A stretch of 64,000 nt of DNA from the NCBI RefSeq assembly GCF_036321535.1, contig NC_087469.1, forward strand, positions 13,268,001-13,332,000, read 5' to 3'. This document shows, piece after piece, positions 57,716 to 64,000 of the stretch. The stretch comes from Camelus dromedarius (Eukaryota). Every line of letters starts with the position of its first letter. Position 1 is the first letter of the stretch. The notes under the pieces are model-generated. The model was not told where the DNA came from and did no database searches. It saw only the letters and a program-made list of their open reading frames with translations. Made by a program: the position numbers and the translations under genes.

Positions 57716-60700
57716 TCGATAAACTGTATGTTGCGGTCCTGTATTAGGCAAATTCAGTCACTGCATTTGTGAAGTGACCCTGTAGCTTCCAGTGAGTTGT
57801 CCTATAGTGGATCTGAAGCCTCCAGGTTTGAAGCAGCTTCACAAAAAGCCTCTATCCCAGGACTATGGGTGACTGGCATCAGCCACAGTGAAAGGAAGAA
57901 ACCAGGAAAGGTTGCCTAAGGGGGTGCCAGAGCTCTTCCAGACACTGAAGGGTCATGGAAGGTATATCTTTCCTAGTGTCACCTGTCCACCAATCTTAGC
58001 TCAAATCGTTGGTTTACCAACTGGAGCCAAATATCCAAAATGGTGTGTCATCTTCCCAAGGACTCAGGGGCCACCCAGATGGCTCAGAAGGGTTCAGAAA
58101 ATGTGGACTAAAATTTTATTTCCAGCTAGACTCCTAAAAGTCAAAAGAACCAAGGCTGCCGGGGTGGCTGCCATCTAGTTCTTCTCCTCCTACACCGTGA
58201 ATCACTGTGTATCAATAATCTCATTCCTCTCAGTCTTCTTCAGTACCACAGAGGCTACTCATCAGGGAAAACACGTGTTTTGGGGACTGAGCAGTTTCCT
58301 AGGTCATGAGACTTTCCTTCTTAAGCCCAGGAGAGTCCAGGGCAAACTAAGATAGGTGGGCACCCTAAATAAGGATCTAAACCACATAGAGACTAGATAA
58401 TCTCTCAACACGTAGCTACAGAATCTATTGTGAAGCAATTTCAGAGGAAATACTTAGAGATTTCCTACACAATTCCTGGATTACCAACCTTTATTGGCAT
58501 CCCAGTGCTCAGGGCAAAGTCCAAACCTACTGGCACAACCTGTGCAAACAGAGAGACTCATAATCTGATGTCCACTTACTTCTTTAGCCTCGTGTCTTTG
58601 TTTTCCAACCAACAAATTTGTTCTGTAGCCATTTTTCCTAGTTTCTTATACATTTGTCCCTTTAATATGGAATGGCTTTGTTCCACTGATGCCTGAAAAT
58701 TTTCTGCTCATCTTTCAAGATCTCATTCATGTGTGATTTACTAAATAGAGCCTAGCCACCCTTTCCCCCAAATGCCCACTCATTCTTTGTATCCCCTGCA
58801 GTACCACATTTGCATTTCTATAATAGGCTTACCAAGCACGTTGACATTTACCCCTTGGTATGCCTGATTTCCCCCGTTGGACTGTGAGTTCCTGCAGGGA
58901 ATATGCCTCATTTTTCTTTTCATCTCAGGTTCACAGCATACTTTGCACAGAAGGAGTCTTATAACTTATTGAATAAATACATTCCAAGACGCTTAATCTA
59001 AGATAATATCAGTTAAGTCTTACACCTCAGCTCCCCAAATCATAAGAATTCCAGTACTGAGACCGTCACCACTTATGAGTTATATTATTTTGAACAGATT
59101 TCTTAATATACCTAGTCTCAGTATTTCCTTTGTTAAAAAAAAAAAAAAAGATACAAAGAGGGATCTTTGTCAGGGAGGTGGAGGAGAGAGAGAGGGAGAG
59201 AGAGGAGTTGGTGTAGATTCTCACCAAAAAAAGAAATAGCAATTTCTTCTCCATCAATAAGAATTCGCGCTTTAAATTGAGTTCTTACATAAGGAAAATC
59301 AGTTTTTCTCCTAGCCTCAATTCTCTCCTGTTCTATAAATTTTTCTCTTGTCTGTCTGTTGCCTTGACATCTCAGTCCTTATTCATTTTTATATTATTTT
59401 TCTCTCTGCACAGAAATAATCATCTTTTCTCCTCGGGAAGACAGAATACCCCTGGTTTACCCATGAACAACTAAAACTGCTCCAGTTACGTGGTCCTTAC
59501 AGTTTAGTCAGCACCACATTATATTAGCAGCATGTAATATATTCATCTGTGTAATGGGAAGAGAAGCAGTTTCCACAAAAAGTCTTGGGGAAAAGGATAT
59601 TAGTACCCATATACTAGCTTTATCTGGCCATTTAAATCCTGTGTGAACTAACTAGGCTTCAGGTAGACCCTAAACTCACCTGAGAAGTAAATTGGTCTTT
59701 GATGAGCAGAGTATAAAGGTCCTCTCCTCCCCAAACACTTATTTGTAAATCATAACACTTTACAAATGACAGGAAGGAGATCTCAGCTGTCTTCCCTGTT
59801 CCCAATGCCTCTAACATATTTTTAATAAATATATGTCTCAAAAGAAGTTCCAGTACTACACCTCTGTCTCCCTCCTGGAGTCTTCTCTGCTGATGAAGAC
59901 ATCGCTACCTGGATGTGAATCGGCCATGAGGCCACGAACTGCTCCTTGACTCGGTTTCTTTCTCTTTGCTCTTTCTTGGGGAAGGTCTTTTTCGAGCTCA
60001 GCAGGTTCCCTGATCTCGTCCCCCGACATGCCCCTCTTCTTGATTTTGTCACTGTGTTCTGTCTTACACCTCTCTGGGCTCACTCCTCCTCCTCTTAGCC
60101 TTTTTGAAAGTAGTTTTGGCAGCAAGTCCCCTAGGCTTTGACCTGTGGAGACTGGCTTTCTGGCAAGCAGTTTCTTCCTGCCTATAGTCCCCACAGGGTA
60201 GGGGCTAAGGGCTGACATCACTTCTCCTTTCCCCTCCAGGGGCAATTAACTTGCAAAGAAATAAGTTTCAGTGGGCTTTGTTAATAGCCAAACGTGAACC
60301 AAGGCTGTTCAGGAAGTTTACGTAGTCCTTGTAATGGCCCTGTGGCGTAGAATCCTGCTGGCAGCATGCACTTGAGCTGGAGTCAGGATCACTCCTTCCA
60401 TTTCTTTGAGTTTTAGTTTTCTCATCTATAAATTGAAGGTAGCATTGCCATACCTACTTACACCATAAATGTATGGGCATGGAGTTTGAATGAACTTTAA
60501 AGCCAAAGATGCTACATAAATGCCATGTTAATTACTGTAACAGTGCCCTTTGAATTTAACTCGGGTTGAAAGAGGGTAACTACTACAGCATTGCACTAGG
60601 ACAGGCAGCACTGTTTAGATCATCCAATATGCAAACAGGAGATGGAGTATGTAAGTAAGCTAGATGGAGTATGAAGAACTTGGCAATCCCTTAAAAATTG

Positions 60701-61074
60701 AACACACATAGATTAGAGCAGATTAGAGCTGAACAGCCCTTTAGAGAAATGATTTAGAGCATCCCCCCATTCTGCACTTGGAGAAACTGAGTTCTGTTGA
60801 GAACATGGACTTTTCCAAAAATTAAAGGTCATACTGCTTAGTGAATAAAATCTCACATATGTGCTATGTAGGTATGTTATATAGAATCACTTAACTATAT
60901 AGAGATAATAGAGGAACTGGTAGTTCAAAAATAGTGTTGGACAAATGATAGACCAATAAGTACTTGTTAAATTGTTTTTTGTCTTTTAATATGCTTTAAT
61001 TATTTACTTTAAATCATTGTTGGTGTACTTTTTTTAGACTACAAGTCATTTTATTTTATTACTATTCTTCCTTC

Positions 61075-61690
61075 CAGTTTTATTGAGATGTAAGTGACAT
61101 ATAGCACTGTGTAAGTTTAAGGTGTATGGCATAGTTATGTAACTTACATACATCATGAAATGATTACCACAGTAAGTTTAGTGAACAGCCATCATCTCAT
61201 ATAGATATAAAATTAAAGAAACAGAAGAAAAACGTGTTTTTTTACATGTGAGATTTTGTATGTGCCCTTTAAGAGTGGGGTATCTCTTTCCTACAGCCCT
61301 CCAGCTCTCTAGAAAGCAAGAACCTGAGCCTTTAAAGCCAGATGTTCTGGGGGCTCATCTTCCTGGTGCAATACCCCTGGGCTGTGGAGCCTGATGGGGG
61401 CTTGAACCTGTTGCTCCTTGGGGAGAGCCTTGGAGTTGTGATTTTGCTCCCATTTGTGGGTTGCCTATTTGGGATATGGGTCTACACCCTTCTTACCTAT
61501 CTCACTGTAGTTCCTTCTTTATAGCTTTAGTTGTAGAAAATCTTCCCTGCTAGTCTTCAGGTCACTCTGATCAATAGTAGCTCTGTAGGTAGATGTAATT
61601 TTGGTGTGCCCAGGGGAGGATGTGAGCTCAGGGTCTTCTTACTGTACTGTCTTGGCAACTCCCCTCTCTTCACTCTTTTTATGTCTTTTA
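61075..61690 (-). mobile_element. L1 fragments (3' terminus directly followed by 5'-region-like sequence)
   Basis: TTTTATTGAGATGTAAGTGACATATAGCACTGTGTAAGTTTAAGG is an L1 3' end. From about 61255 the sequence resembles an antisense L1 5'UTR/ORF1 (CCAGATGTTCTGGGGGCTCATCTTCC...TGTAATTTTGGTGTGCCC). Confidence 0.55.
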
Positions 61691-61779
61691 AAGAAAGGCT
61701 CGTCACTACCTCTTGCATTTAACTTTTCAAAGCTAACTTTTTATCACCTATATGACAGGTCCTCTTTTGGATCATAGTT

Positions 61780-62000
61780 TTTGTGTAACAGTTGAATCTG
61801 GAGTGATTTGTCCACTCACAAACTCACAGGGTATTATGCTGGTTGATATTACATTTGTTGACTATATTAGTAACATCATGCTGATAGGACCTGGTGAGTG
61901 GGAAATAGACTATATCCCAGATGCCTTGCAAATTCATATGTGTAGCATATTATGGGAGAAAACCTATGGAAACAAATAAGATGTCACTTCAGTGACATTT
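61780..62000 (+). mobile_element. ERVL-type pol (reverse transcriptase) remnant
   Basis: Translation GIMLV...VDYISNIMLIGPGEWEI...DALQIHM...WE resembles the ERVL RT segment LVHYIDDIMLIGPSEQEV...LVRH...GWEIN. Confidence 0.55.
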
Positions 62001-63694
62001 CTGGTAATCTAGTTGCCTTGGGATGAGTTTGGCTAGTTCAAAAAATCTGTTCCAGCTTTAATAATGTTCAAGAATGTCATCTTATACTGTGTTGAAGGTT
62101 CTTTTATTTCATTTTACTTCTGAAGCACCAAATAAATAGTACAAAGAATCTGTAAGAGGTACTGGTAGAAGGAAATAAGTGTAGCAATAAAAATCCATGG
62201 CAGTCCACCACATGGACTGCACACCAATTGTAGACATCCTTCCTCTCGTATTTACACACATACAACGTCAGCACTTAATACAATGCAAGCTTATTCCCAT
62301 GCTAATCGTTTCAGAGGAGTTATTCCAATATATCACCACTTAAATTTCATCCAGACTCAAATCTGGAGTCTCTAAGTGTTGTCAATTCCATTTCTGGTTT
62401 TGAAGTAATCTAACTCTCACCATCATGTGATGTATGGACAAAATAATAAATTTATCATGAACTCATAATAATGGTGTGAATGTAGGGGAAAAACTTAAAA
62501 CATGTAAATAAATATATCCCGAAACAATGCAGAAAATACATGTAGGAGGTACAATACTTACTTTGCAAATGGCTAGGAGGTAACAGCTAATATTAATGAC
62601 TATCTTCTTCAACATTTTTTCTTATCAAGAAACTCATTATGCTGGTTGCCAATAGGATGAATCAAGCCATTATCACTGCAAAACACAAACATGTGTTGAT
62701 CTTGCCAAATTAGGTTGCACTCGTTTACTATTAATTTTTTATCTCTGGATCTAGTTATGGAATTACCCAGGTTCACTGGATAAGGAAGAGGGCAGAGTAG
62801 AAAATTATTGCCTTATGTGTTAATACAAGTGTTTAGTTGGGAGATAAAAGCCAGGAATTCTACAATGCTGTGTTTTTGTGACAAGCCAGACATTTCTCAT
62901 TGTGCAGTGTGCCTAGAAACTCACACCTTAGAGAGCCCCTCCATATGAAAAGAGGAAAGTCATGGCTTTCCTTCTACCAGTACCTCTTATAGATCCTTTG
63001 AACTATTGATCTGGATATAAATGTAAGTAAAGATGTGTAAGACCTCAACAATAGAAGTTGCAGAACATGTTTGAGAAATATATAAAAGTTGCTAAAGAAA
63101 TGGAGGCTTATAAATTGCTCATGGCTTGGAAGACAATATTTTAAAGATTCCAATTCTCAATTTTTAAAATAGATTCAATGCAATTCTAAATACAATCCCA
63201 GCATTTTATTCTGTAGACACATGCCCCTTAGAGTGTATAATCTAATGGGGACTGGGGCCCCCAAATGGCCAAGATAATCTAGAGAGGTAAAAACTAGAAG
63301 ATTCACAGTACCAGTACCCTTCATTATGAAGGGTTTCCCTAGTTTCTCAGGTTTTATTTCTATATTTATTAACTTTCTGCTTTGAGATTTCCCACCTTTA
63401 TTTAGGTTTTTAACTCATCTGAAATTAATTTTATTTTAGATAATACATAAGGATGTTATTTTCTACATAATTAGGGATGATAGTTGCAACTATCTCACTA
63501 ACTGAAGTGGTGTTTAAGAAATTGGTTTAAATTCCCAACTATTTTGTTTTCTCATAGTATGGTTATTAAGCTCTAGCTTTATTACATGTGATTAAAGAAA
63601 ATTAACTGCAAAATTTGTATTTTAAAATGCAATCCATTAGATTCAATGTATCATTTTTTGGGGGGTTAGCCTTTGTTTTCTTTAGAATATCTTT

Positions 63695-63941
63695 TTTTTA
63701 ACATTTTTACTGAGTTATAATTATTTTACAATGTTGTGTCAAATTCCAGTGTAGAGCACAATTTTTCAGTTACACGTGAACATATATATATTCATTGTCA
63801 CATTGATTTCTCTGTGAGCTACCACAAGATCTTGTATATATTTCCCTGTGCTATACAGTATAATCTTGATTATCTATTCTACATTTTGAAATCCCAGTCT
63901 GTCCCTTCCCACCCCCTGCCCCCTTGGCAACCACAAGTTTG
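63695..63941 (-). mobile_element. Young L1 3' stub, same family as 2619-2866
   Basis: Its reverse complement closely matches 2619-2866 (GATTATACTGTATAGCACAGGGAAATATATACAAGATCTTGTGGTAGCTCACAG). TSD TTTCTTTA(G/A)AATATCTTT at 63677 and 63942. Confidence 0.85.
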
Positions 63942-64000
63942 TTTCTTTAAAATATCTTTACCTAAATAAATGTAATAAAGACTACCACAGTTATTTCTAA

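Noticed and set aside
57888-58178. Homeobox-like fragment (W-F-T-N...AKY)
   Set aside because: It needs a frameshift and the upstream helices do not fit, so it is likely chance.
59822-60052. bHLH (ASCL-like) basic region RERNRVK
   Set aside because: Only seven residues resemble it; the helix-loop-helix residues that must follow are absent.
1-64000. CRISPR arrays, rRNA or true tRNA genes, long tandem arrays
   Set aside because: None seen. The only tRNA-like sequence is the SINE head at about 5700-5775.

Overview
Mammalian genomic DNA, very likely camelid (it carries the camelid tRNA-derived SINE and camelid-type L1 3' ends). It is an olfactory-receptor cluster matching human 11q24.1 as I recall it. 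It holds five intact OR genes: OR6M1, an OR6M paralogue, OR8D4, OR10S1 and OR10G6. A sixth, an OR8B-like gene, has a 1-bp frameshift. The four-exon testis gene TMEM225 is present, but its last splice acceptor reads TG instead of AG. There is also a 5'-truncated ERV1 with a very CpG-rich LTR, many L1, MIR and MaLR relics, and three N gaps. The most striking feature is an approximately 1.05 kb L1-mediated retrocopy at 11770-12822 (-). It starts at the first nucleotides of a U7 snRNA sequence and reads through the U7 3' flank into C12orf57 exon 1. It retains intron 1, has intron 2 spliced out, ends in AATAAA plus an A-rich tail, and is flanked by target-site duplications. It looks like a fossil of a U7-initiated, partly spliced, polyadenylated read-through transcript. 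Gene names come from my recall of reference proteins, not from database searches.
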